64,000 bases of DNA from Desulfobacteraceae bacterium (GTDB taxonomy: Bacteria > Desulfobacterota > Desulfobacteria > Desulfobacterales > JAABSP01). The notes below the pieces were generated by a model. That model had not been told where the DNA came from and did not search any database. It saw nothing but the letters and a program-made list of their open reading frames with translations. The stretch lies in contig JAABTD010000005.1 of NCBI GenBank assembly GCA_011390065.1, forward strand, positions 339 to 64,338, read 5' to 3'. Numbering within the stretch: position 1 is the stretch's first letter; each line of letters starts with the position of its first letter. Made by a program: the position numbers and the translations under genes. This document shows, in pieces, positions 7,671-15,480 of this stretch.

Positions 7671-9755
7671 TCAAAGTTTTGACACGCTTACGAGCGTGTG
7701 ATCGAGGGCCGGGCTCCCCCCGACATTGTCCATGATCGCCTCCTGAACCTCGGCATCGGCCATGCCCCGTCCGCAACTCCGCCGCGACTCGGGTTCCCGA
7801 TGGCCGAACCCGTGGAGCATGAACACCGCTTCCGGATGGATCATGTCCGTCACAAAGGCCCGGATGCGCCCTTCGCCCGCCGACGACGACACGGCCACCG
7901 TTTCCCCGTCGTTGACGCCCAGGGCCGCCGCCCGTTTGGCATTGATCCAGAGCCGGTTTTCCGGAACCAGTTCGTTCAGGTAGGGGTTGTTCTGGGTCAT
8001 GACGTTGGTGTGGGCGATGCACCGGCCCACCATGAGCCGGAACCGGTCGTCGGAGACCTCCAGGGGCTCGTAAGGCGGGAACGAAGGGAACCCGTTGTCC
8101 TCCAGCAGGCTGGACGTGAATTCGATTTTGCCCGACGGCGTTTTGAATTTGATGCCGTCGTTCCGGTCCCACCGGATCGGTTTGTCGCTGAGCGATACGA
8201 ATCCCTTTTCCTCGAACGCCTCGATGCCGATGCCCATGTCGGCCAACTGGTATTGCCAGATGTCCTCGATGGTCTCATAGGGAAAGTATTCGCCCACGCC
8301 CAGCCGCTCCGCCAGTTGCTTCAAAATCCACCACATCGGCTGGGTGTCGTACCGGGGTTTGATGCAGGCGATGCGCCGGTTCACGGCGGGTTTCAGGCCG
8401 GCGCCCATCTGCAAGGGGTCCGAGCGCTCCAGGAAAAGGGACTCCGGCAGAATCACGTCCGCCAGGGAGGTGGTTCCCCCGAAATTGATGTCGCAGGACA
8501 CGATCAGGTCGAGTTTTTGCAGGGCCTTGAGACTCTGCTGATAATCGAAATTGGAATACAGTGGATCGAACCGGAACGCGAAAAGGACTTTGATCGGATA
8601 CGGGTCTTCGTTCAACACCGCACTGGGGAACATGGCCCCCACGCCGTGGGCCGCATCCGCGATGGGGAATTTGTCCTGGCCGCACCCATCGAATCGGCGG
8701 GCATCCTCCATGGGCGGGAATTCCTGGTCGGAAAATTTCCGGATCCCGGCGTCCAGCCCCGCGTCTTTGGGCCCTTTTTTGATGACGATGCCGCCCGGCG
8801 ACTCGATGCTCCCCATGAGCGCGTTGAGCATCATGATGGAGCGCCGGAAATAGATTTCCGTGGGGTGGTGCGACCCCCGGTAGCCGTAGTGAAAGACCAC
8901 GGCCGGTTTCGCCCGGCTGGCTTCTTTGGCGAGCCGGATGATTTCCCCGGCCGGGATCCCGGTTTCCACCTCGGCCCATTCCGGCGTATAGGTGTCGACG
9001 AACGCGCTGAGCCGGTGGAGACCTTCCACCCAGCGATCCACATATTGGACATCGTAGAGGTGCTGTTTAATGATGACGTGCATCAGCGCGTAATTCAACG
9101 CAAGGTCCGTCCCGGGCCGGATCATCATGTAATTGTGGGCTTTCGCCGCCGTGATGCTGACCCGGGGATCGATATAGGTCAGTTTGGTCCCTTTGCCCAT
9201 GGCGTCCAGGAGCGCGTTCATGGCTTTGACTTCGACGCTTTCGAAAACATTCCGGCCATAGAGGATCACTTGTCGGGCATTGGACCAGTCCGCGGTGATC
9301 TGCCCGTCGGTGTAGCCGATCAGGGACCGGCAGGCCGTGTTGATGGACCCCTTGCAGATGGTGTCGTGGGAAAAATAGTTGGGGGAGCCGATGGCCTTGA
9401 GAAAGGTTTTGGAAAGGTCGGTCACCAGGTTTACCCGCTCGCAGTAGACCGCGCTTTTGGCGCCGTATTGCGCAAAAATTTCCTTGCACCGGTCGGCGGT
9501 GTAATCAAGGGCCTCGTTCCAACCGACCTTTTTCCATTGCCCGGACCCCCGGGGGCCGGTTCGGATCATGGGCGCCTGCACCCGCTGCGGGTCGTCGAGC
9601 CATCCCACCGCGGCCGCGCCCTTGGGGCAGACGCCTTTCATGGCCGGGACATGGGGATTTCCTTCGATGCTGACGATTTTATCATCTTCCACCACCACTG
9701 CGATGGGGCATCGCACCGAACACATGAAACACAACGTGTATATCTTTTTCTTCAT
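7671..9755 (-). CDS. molybdopterin (bis-MGD) oxidoreductase catalytic subunit, cytoplasmic, substrate unknown
   Basis: N-terminal CFMCSVRC (CxxCxxxC) ... GVCPKG Fe-S motif. Size and overall pattern fit the DMSO-reductase family. No twin-arginine leader. Start chosen at the second ATG (9755), which has a GGGAGAG Shine-Dalgarno; an alternative ATG is at 9797. Confidence 0.85.
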   Translation of the reverse strand: MKKKIYTLCFMCSVRCPIAVVVEDDKIVSIEGNPHVPAMKGVCPKGAAAVGWLDDPQRVQAPMIRTGPRGSGQWKKVGWNEALDYTADRCKEIFAQYGAKSAVYCERVNLVTDLSKTFLKAIGSPNYFSHDTICKGSINTACRSLIGYTDGQITADWSNARQVILYGRNVFESVEVKAMNALLDAMGKGTKLTYIDPRVSITAAKAHNYMMIRPGTDLALNYALMHVIIKQHLYDVQYVDRWVEGLHRLSAFVDTYTPEWAEVETGIPAGEIIRLAKEASRAKPAVVFHYGYRGSHHPTEIYFRRSIMMLNALMGSIESPGGIVIKKGPKDAGLDAGIRKFSDQEFPPMEDARRFDGCGQDKFPIADAAHGVGAMFPSAVLNEDPYPIKVLFAFRFDPLYSNFDYQQSLKALQKLDLIVSCDINFGGTTSLADVILPESLFLERSDPLQMGAGLKPAVNRRIACIKPRYDTQPMWWILKQLAERLGVGEYFPYETIEDIWQYQLADMGIGIEAFEEKGFVSLSDKPIRWDRNDGIKFKTPSGKIEFTSSLLEDNGFPSFPPYEPLEVSDDRFRLMVGRCIAHTNVMTQNNPYLNELVPENRLWINAKRAAALGVNDGETVAVSSSAGEGRIRAFVTDMIHPEAVFMLHGFGHREPESRRSCGRGMADAEVQEAIMDNVGGSPALDHTLVSVSKL

Positions 9756-9832
9756 AAAGGCTCTCCCTACCCCGTCATGGTATGAAATCTTTTTCATTTT
9801 AAATTCTGGGGTTCAACCCCTTTTAGTGAGAG

Positions 9833-9861
9833 AATATGACATAAAAGCATTGTCAATGCAA
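9833..9861 (-). promoter_or_regulatory. possible sigma70-type promoter of the Mo-oxidoreductase/rnf transcription unit
   Basis: Minus strand reads TTGCAT, 17 nt, CATATT, inside a strikingly AT-rich stretch of about 220 bp (9800-10020). Confidence 0.25.
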
Positions 9862-10136
9862 GAATATTTTCAAAATAAAGAGATTTTGTATTTAAACCAA
9901 AAAGTATCTGATATAACAAGGTAATATATCAAAATTCGGTATGAATATGGCGCAAATATAGGATATATAACAAATTATATGCCATATTTAAGGGAATTTA
10001 ATCAAAATAAGGAGAGAATAGGGGAAACAGCTAAGACGGTCAGGCATCCCCATGAGAATTAGAGGCCGGCGCCGAGGATGCCCACGACCGTGCTGATTTT
10101 GACGCGGAAGAGGTCGAGCGCCGGCAGCGATGTTTA

Positions 10137-10182
10137 AAAGAAACGGCCGGTACGCCATGACAGGCGTACCGGCCGTTTCTTT
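10137..10182 (-). terminator. intrinsic terminator hairpin downstream of the acyl-CoA dehydrogenase
   Basis: Perfect 20-bp inverted repeat AAAGAAACGGCCGGTACGCC / GGCGTACCGGCCGTTTCTTT with a 6-nt loop. U-rich on the minus strand. Confidence 0.7.
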
Positions 10183-10271
10183 AAGTCTGTGTTTTTAACC
10201 CTTTGCCCGTTTATCCGAATTGATTCAAATAAAGGGTAAGGACAAGGCAAGGTGAAGGAAGGTTTCGTCCC

Positions 10272-12080
10272 TTATTTCCCCCCGAACGCATCCTCCTCAA
10301 TCTCCACCGCCGCCGCATTCCCGTTCAAAATGGCGATCATCTTCCCGGTGGTCGCCGGCAGCATGGTGTTGATGTAGTATTCGGCGCTTTTGATGAGGCC
10401 GCTGTAAAACACGTCGTCTTTTTTCTTTTTGCCCATCTTGGCTTTTGCGATGGCGGCCCGCCACAGGAGCATCCAGGCGGTGACCACGTCGCCGGTCGCC
10501 TCCATGAAGGGATGGGCGTAGGAGAAGGCGGTCAACATCTGAGGCGACATGGCTGCGGCGCCCATGTGCATGCCCACCTCGCCGAGCTTGTTGACGGCTT
10601 TCTGGAATTTTTCCGCCAGTTCCTCCATGCCGTTTTCCTTGGCCGAAGCGATGGTCTTGTTCATCTCGCCCATCAGGTCCATGACCGGTTTGCCCTTGTT
10701 CATGCCCAGCTTCCGGCCCAGCAGGTCCATGGCCTGGATGCCGTTGGTGCCTTCGTAGATCATGGTGATGCGGCAATCCCGCAGGAGCTGTTCCTGGGGA
10801 TACTCCTTGATATAGCCGTAGCCGCCGTAGACCTGGACGCCCAGGCTGCACATTTCATAGGCCCGATCGGTGACGTACCCTTTGGCCACCGGCGTCAGCA
10901 ATTCGATGAGCCCCTGCCAGTACGACTGCTCGTCGGCGTCGTCGGTGGTCTCCTTGCGGTCCTCGCAATAGGCCATGTAGTAGAGGATGCTCCGCATCCC
11001 TTCCACATAGGCTTTCATGGTGAGGAGCATCCGCCGCACGTCGGGGTGTTGGATGATGGGGACAGCCGGGGCGTCGGGGTTTTTCATCTCCAGAAGGCTC
11101 CGGCCCTGAACCCGTTCCCGTGCGTAATTGACGGCATTCAGATACGACGCCGAGGCGCAGGCGAACCCCTGCATGCCCACCAGCAGACGAGCCTCGTTCA
11201 TCATCAGAAACATGGCCCGCATTCCCTTGTTCTCTTCGCCCAGCAGAAGGCCCTTGCACTGGCCTTTGCTGCCCAGGGAAAGGGAGCAGGTGGAATTGCC
11301 ATGGATGCCCATTTTCTCTTCGATGCCGGTGCAGACCACATCGTTGAAGTCGCCCATGGAGCCGTCTTCGTTCACCCAATATTTGGGAACCAGAAAAAGA
11401 GAAATGCCCTTGGTCCCTTCAGGTGCGCCTTCGATCCGGGCCAGGACCGGGTGGATGATGTTTTCGGCCAGGTCGTGCTCGCCGGAGGAGATGAAAATCT
11501 TGTTGCCGGTGATGGTGTAGGAGCCATCATCGTTCTTTTTGGCGGTGGTGGTCAGGGCGCCCACGTCGGACCCGGCCTCCGGCTCGGTCAGCAGCACGGT
11601 CCCGGTCCATTTGCCGGTGTACATGTTCTTCAGGAACATTTTTTTCTGAAGATCTGTGCCAAAGGCGTCCACCAGCTTGGCGGCGCCGTGGGTGAGGCCC
11701 GGGTACATCATGAAGGCGTAGTTGGCGCCGTTGAAATAGTCGCTGGCCGCCAGGGCCACGGTCTTGGGCATGCCCTGTCCGCCCCATTCGGGATCTTCGG
11801 GCATGGCCAGCCATTCCCCCTCAATGAACAGCTCGTAGGCCCGATGAAAGGACTCGGGCACGGTCACCTTGCCGTCCTCGAACCGGCAGCCTTCTTCGTC
11901 GCCTGTTTTCTGGGTGGGCAGGATCTCCTTGATCGCCAGATTCCGGGCTTCGCTGACGATCATGTCCACCACTTTCTGGTTGAATTCGGCGAATTTTTCG
12001 TGCTTGCTCAGCTCCGCGACCTGAAACTGCTCATTAAGAACGAAATCGACATCTCTTCGATCTGCGATAACTTGTGCCAT
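10272..12080 (-). CDS. long-form acyl-CoA dehydrogenase (~600 aa class)
   Basis: LTEPEAGSDVGAL, GNKIFISSGEHD, EEKMGIHGNSTC and QVYGGYGYIKEYP...IYEGTNGIQ, plus a C-terminal helical extension. Confidence 0.9.
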   Translation of the reverse strand: MAQVIADRRDVDFVLNEQFQVAELSKHEKFAEFNQKVVDMIVSEARNLAIKEILPTQKTGDEEGCRFEDGKVTVPESFHRAYELFIEGEWLAMPEDPEWGGQGMPKTVALAASDYFNGANYAFMMYPGLTHGAAKLVDAFGTDLQKKMFLKNMYTGKWTGTVLLTEPEAGSDVGALTTTAKKNDDGSYTITGNKIFISSGEHDLAENIIHPVLARIEGAPEGTKGISLFLVPKYWVNEDGSMGDFNDVVCTGIEEKMGIHGNSTCSLSLGSKGQCKGLLLGEENKGMRAMFLMMNEARLLVGMQGFACASASYLNAVNYARERVQGRSLLEMKNPDAPAVPIIQHPDVRRMLLTMKAYVEGMRSILYYMAYCEDRKETTDDADEQSYWQGLIELLTPVAKGYVTDRAYEMCSLGVQVYGGYGYIKEYPQEQLLRDCRITMIYEGTNGIQAMDLLGRKLGMNKGKPVMDLMGEMNKTIASAKENGMEELAEKFQKAVNKLGEVGMHMGAAAMSPQMLTAFSYAHPFMEATGDVVTAWMLLWRAAIAKAKMGKKKKDDVFYSGLIKSAEYYINTMLPATTGKMIAILNGNAAAVEIEEDAFGGK

Positions 12081-12092
12081 GAATGTTTCTCC

Positions 12093-12809
12093 TTATGATT
12101 TGTCGGTGTTGTCCGAAGGGGGCGGGGCCGCTTCGGAAATATTTTTTTCGATCTCATCGGTGTTGCCGATGCCTCGGATGAACAGGTCGATGAGCGGGTC
12201 CGCCATGGAAACCAGGTCGTACTTGCCGCCCGAATGGAGCCAGGTATTGATAATCTCGTCCACGGCGCCCAGAATGTAGCGCTTCACCAGGCTCATGTAG
12301 AGGTCTTTTCGCATGACGCCTTCGGCCTGCCCCTGCTCCACAATCTCGGCCACGATGTCGAGGTACATTTTAGAGATCTCCTTGATCTCTTTTTTCACCA
12401 GCCGGTCCTGCTGGCGGGTCACCGCATGGTAGACCAGGGCCATGTCGCGGTCCCGCTGAAATTCCTCCAGATGGCGCCGGATCAGGTTCCGCAGTTTTTC
12501 AACAGCGTTGACGCCCCGGTTCAACTCCTCCCGGAAACCGGAAAATACCTGCCGGGTTTTATAGGTGAAGAACTGGACGAGGATATCATCCTTGTTCTTG
12601 AAATACAGATAAATGGTGCCGTCGGCGACCCCGGCTTCCCGGGCGATCTGGGAGATGGTGGTCTGGTAAAAACCTCGCCTGGCGAAGACCTTGATGGCGG
12701 CCTCCAGGATGAGTTGGTACTTGCTGCCGTTTGTCTTTCCTCTGGTGCTGATGACTGACCTCCACAGGCGCCGGAAGGGCGCAATCAAAATGAATGAACA
12801 TTCATTCAT
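12093..12809 (-). CDS. TetR family transcriptional regulator (true start probably downstream of 12809)
   Basis: HTH ILEAAIKVFARRGFYQTTISQIAREAGVADGTIYLYFKNKDDIL. The ATG at 12809 lies inside the candidate operator. GGAGG sits just before codon ~21, but no canonical start codon follows it. Confidence 0.85.
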   Translation of the reverse strand: MNECSFILIAPFRRLWRSVISTRGKTNGSKYQLILEAAIKVFARRGFYQTTISQIAREAGVADGTIYLYFKNKDDILVQFFTYKTRQVFSGFREELNRGVNAVEKLRNLIRRHLEEFQRDRDMALVYHAVTRQQDRLVKKEIKEISKMYLDIVAEIVEQGQAEGVMRKDLYMSLVKRYILGAVDEIINTWLHSGGKYDLVSMADPLIDLFIRGIGNTDEIEKNISEAAPPPSDNTDKS

Positions 12810-12810
12810 T
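12789..12810. promoter_or_regulatory. candidate TetR operator palindrome
   Basis: AATGAATGAA-CA-TTCATTCATT: perfect 10-bp arms with a 2-bp spacer, at the 5' end of the TetR/acyl-CoA dehydrogenase unit. Confidence 0.45.
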
Positions 12811-12979
12811 TATCAAGGAAGGGTTTGCCATGTCAAGAAAAAAATGCGCCAAAAATATCGGCGCAATCCGTTTAGATTCGATGAATTATAAAATGATGCG
12901 GTATGGGATGGAAAATTTTGGGCAGAAAAGGCCGAATGAAGAACAATTCACCTTTTCCGCCCGCCTGTCGGTGACCGGG

Positions 12980-14431
12980 CTAACGGGAGAGCATTCCCAT
13001 GATATAGACGGCCTCTTCAATGCCGATGCGCTTGTCGCCGTCCACATCGGCTTCCAGATGCGCCGATACGGCGGCGCCCGAGACGATTTTCAGCGCCAGA
13101 ACGGCATCCCCCAGATCCAGCATGGCATTGCCGTTCAGGTCCCCTTTGAGGGGAAGGCCTTTCAGCAGCCGGGCATAAAACTCGTCCGCTTCCTGGGGAC
13201 CGGTCGTCCAGTCGAGATAATGGTCCGCATCGGCTGGATCGATGCGGCATATGAGCGGCAGAGTGAAGGGTTCCAGGCCGCTTGCGTAGGGCCCCCATTC
13301 GCTGCCGGCGTCCACGTCGCTGAACCAGGGCACATACGCCGTCCGGATTCTGTCTTTGATGGGGAGATCCGCCTTCTCGCAAACGGTGTCCCGCATATGG
13401 GTCGTGAAAGGACAACTGTCACTGCCGGCGATCATGAGAATCATTTTGCCCTGAGTCCTGGCGGCGGATACGGCATCTTCCGCGGAGGTGAGCCAGGTCA
13501 GTTTATCCCCGACGACCGAACAGACCCCTTCGACGTAGCTGTCCGGCGCATCCGGGTAGGCGGCCGCATCAAAACTGTGATCAACCAGGATTTCAGCATC
13601 CGAGAGGAGGTAGTAATCCCATGAGATAAAATCCGGGTTCGGCAGATAGGTGACTTGGTCATCCCATGTGGCGTCCAGATGGTACCAGTGGCCGCACAAA
13701 TGGACGAGGTTCCAGGAATGGTTCACCCCTTTTGCGGTTCCCCCGACGAATTTGGATTCAATGTTTACGTCCTGGAGCATCCGGATCATAAGAAGGGTGT
13801 ACCCTTGACAAACGGTTTCTTTTGCCTCGAACAGCGCGTCATAAGCGCTGTGGTGCTGATAGGTCTGGTCGTATTCGACGTTCAGCACGACCCAGTCGTG
13901 AATGACCTTGGCCTTCTCTTCATCGGTCATGGAGGGGGATATGATCTCGGCGATGATTTCGGCCACCCGCTGGGTGATCGCCTGCTCCTGCGAATAGGTC
14001 GTGACATAGGTCATGGCGAACTCGATGGTCACATCGTTGTCATGGCCGCTCCAACTCAGGCTTCGACTGTGAAGGTTGCCGCCGGTGTAGCCATCCTCGG
14101 ATTCGATCTCCTTAAAAGCTGCGTTGATGATGTCGCCCACGTCGCTGAAATCGAAATTGTAAATGAGGCGGATGGAAAAAGCGGTCGTCCGGGTTTCAAG
14201 TTGGGACCAGAGCGCCTCTTTGAATTCGGTGTAGGAAAACGCGGTCTGGAGGGATCGCGCGTCTCTTGAACCGTCATGGGGCGTTGCCGGCGCCGGGTAG
14301 ACGACGTTCTGCCATATGGGGTTGACCCAGGTTGATCGGCCCGTTATCGCATTGGCGGAATCGACGAAACCCAAAAAGAAAAGTGCGGCGATCAGAAGAG
14401 AAACCAGGGATGGTCTGATGTTGGAATTCAT
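12980..14431 (-). CDS. secreted transglutaminase-like cysteine protease with a thioredoxin-fold-like domain and a C-terminal dockerin
   Basis: Signal peptide ..FLGFVDSANA. Transglutaminase-core Cys/His/Asp pattern VCQGYTLLM ... NHSWNLVHL ... WYHLDATWD. C-terminal calcium-loop repeats GDLNGNAMLDLGDAV and DVDGDKRIGIEEAVYIM. Confidence 0.75.
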   Translation of the reverse strand: MNSNIRPSLVSLLIAALFFLGFVDSANAITGRSTWVNPIWQNVVYPAPATPHDGSRDARSLQTAFSYTEFKEALWSQLETRTTAFSIRLIYNFDFSDVGDIINAAFKEIESEDGYTGGNLHSRSLSWSGHDNDVTIEFAMTYVTTYSQEQAITQRVAEIIAEIISPSMTDEEKAKVIHDWVVLNVEYDQTYQHHSAYDALFEAKETVCQGYTLLMIRMLQDVNIESKFVGGTAKGVNHSWNLVHLCGHWYHLDATWDDQVTYLPNPDFISWDYYLLSDAEILVDHSFDAAAYPDAPDSYVEGVCSVVGDKLTWLTSAEDAVSAARTQGKMILMIAGSDSCPFTTHMRDTVCEKADLPIKDRIRTAYVPWFSDVDAGSEWGPYASGLEPFTLPLICRIDPADADHYLDWTTGPQEADEFYARLLKGLPLKGDLNGNAMLDLGDAVLALKIVSGAAVSAHLEADVDGDKRIGIEEAVYIMGMLSR

Positions 14432-14478
14432 ACTTTCCTCTCAATATGGAATTATGATATATCCCGGCACATTGCTTG

Positions 14479-14916
14479 TCATCTGGGAACCGAAGCGGCG
14501 TCCACCGGTTCGGAAACCGGCGTTCTTTCGACATACACCGTATCGCCGGCGATGGTGGCCCTGAGTTCGCAGGCGCCGCGTCGGCGCAGTCGATGTAAAA
14601 TGTCCCGGACGGCTTCGACGGGCAGGCCGCTGTCGGCGGCCGCTTCATCGGGCGTGATCCGCCCACTCCTGGCGGCCATGGCCTCCAGGACGATCGCTTC
14701 CTTGTCCTGAGGACTCAGACGGATTTCCCGATGCTTCCGGGCCAGCCAGTGGATGGCCCATCCGGCCGCGGCGGCGTAAAAAACGGCCAGGGTGACCAGA
14801 ATGGAGGGCTTTTCACGGGAATAGCCGGCAATGAGGTCATAAACGCACCAGATGACGATGCCGATGCTTAAAACGGCCGCCAGGGCGGCGAGAACTTGTT
14901 TGAATTTCAGGCTCAT
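14479..14916 (-). CDS. two-TM membrane protein with a C-terminal winged-helix-like domain (paralog B)
   Basis: Start MSLKFKQVLAALAAVLSIGIV; second helix ILVTLAVFYAAAAGWAI. The C-terminus aligns with the neighbouring gene (GRITPDEAAADSGLPVEAVRDILHRL). Confidence 0.55.
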   Translation of the reverse strand: MSLKFKQVLAALAAVLSIGIVIWCVYDLIAGYSREKPSILVTLAVFYAAAAGWAIHWLARKHREIRLSPQDKEAIVLEAMAARSGRITPDEAAADSGLPVEAVRDILHRLRRRGACELRATIAGDTVYVERTPVSEPVDAASVPR

Positions 14917-14968
14917 GGGATGGGATTTCGCATTGCGGTTTAGGGGGTTGACGGTTGGGAACGCCCGG

Positions 14969-15403
14969 TCAGAAGGCCGTTGAAACTCTCTCGGCTGACG
15001 CGGTCGCCCCTTTGAACACATAGATCAGATTGCCTTCCTCGGTGACCTGAAGAGTCCCCATGCCGTCGCTGCAGAGCTTGTCCAGGTAGGCCTGGGCTTC
15101 GCCGGCGCTCAGATCGGTTTCAGCGGCAATTTCAAATGGGGCGATGCGACCGCCTTTCGAGGCGATCAGCAACAGAATCTCCCGTTCCATCCGCTCTTCA
15201 GCCTGCTTCCGGCTTTTTTCCCGGCTGTTGGCGGCCATGTAAAAACCGCCGACCCCGGTCAGGGTAAAAAAGACCAGCAGCCCCACCAGCACGGATGTCT
15301 CGGTGTCCGCAACTCCGGAGATCAGGTCGACCAGAGCCGCGATCACGAAGAACGCGCTGAAAAGAACGACTGCCAAGCCCAGGACCGTCATTGCGCGATG
15401 CAT
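14969..15403 (-). CDS. two-TM membrane protein with a C-terminal winged-helix-like domain (paralog A)
   Basis: MHRAMTVLGLAVVLFSAFFVIAAL and VLVGLLVFFTLTGVGGF, then EREILLLIASKGGRIAPFEIAAETDLSAGEAQAYLDKL. Confidence 0.55.
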   Translation of the reverse strand: MHRAMTVLGLAVVLFSAFFVIAALVDLISGVADTETSVLVGLLVFFTLTGVGGFYMAANSREKSRKQAEERMEREILLLIASKGGRIAPFEIAAETDLSAGEAQAYLDKLCSDGMGTLQVTEEGNLIYVFKGATASAERVSTAF

Positions 15404-15480
15404 ATCAGACCTTTCAAAGTATGCGAAGTATGAAGTCGGCCGAAGACGACGTTACTCATACCACCCCCTGAAATCGACTG

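Noticed and set aside
7698-9785. Very long antisense or alternate-frame ORFs opposite well-supported genes. Examples: 7698..9785 +, 10512..12098 +, 23421..25184 +, 27509..29182 +, 47378..49831 +, 49831..52278 +, 53186..55021 +, 60603..62294 +.
   Set aside because: These are typical high-GC shadow ORFs. Their translations are Arg/Gly/Pro/Asp/His-rich with no recognisable motifs, and each is fully covered by a gene with clear family signatures on the other strand.
9970-9984. A sigma54-like element on the minus strand (TGGCAT-N5-TTGT), upstream of the Mo-oxidoreductase.
   Set aside because: The critical -12 GC dinucleotide is GT. The surrounding DNA is so AT-rich that such a near-match is expected by chance. 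No enhancer-binding protein gene is nearby.
9990-10130. A possible Moco riboswitch or structured leader upstream of the molybdoenzyme. A GGCATCC...GGATGCC stem is visible.
   Set aside because: I cannot reproduce the Moco-RNA consensus from memory well enough to match it. A covariance-model scan (Rfam Moco_RNA_motif) would decide.
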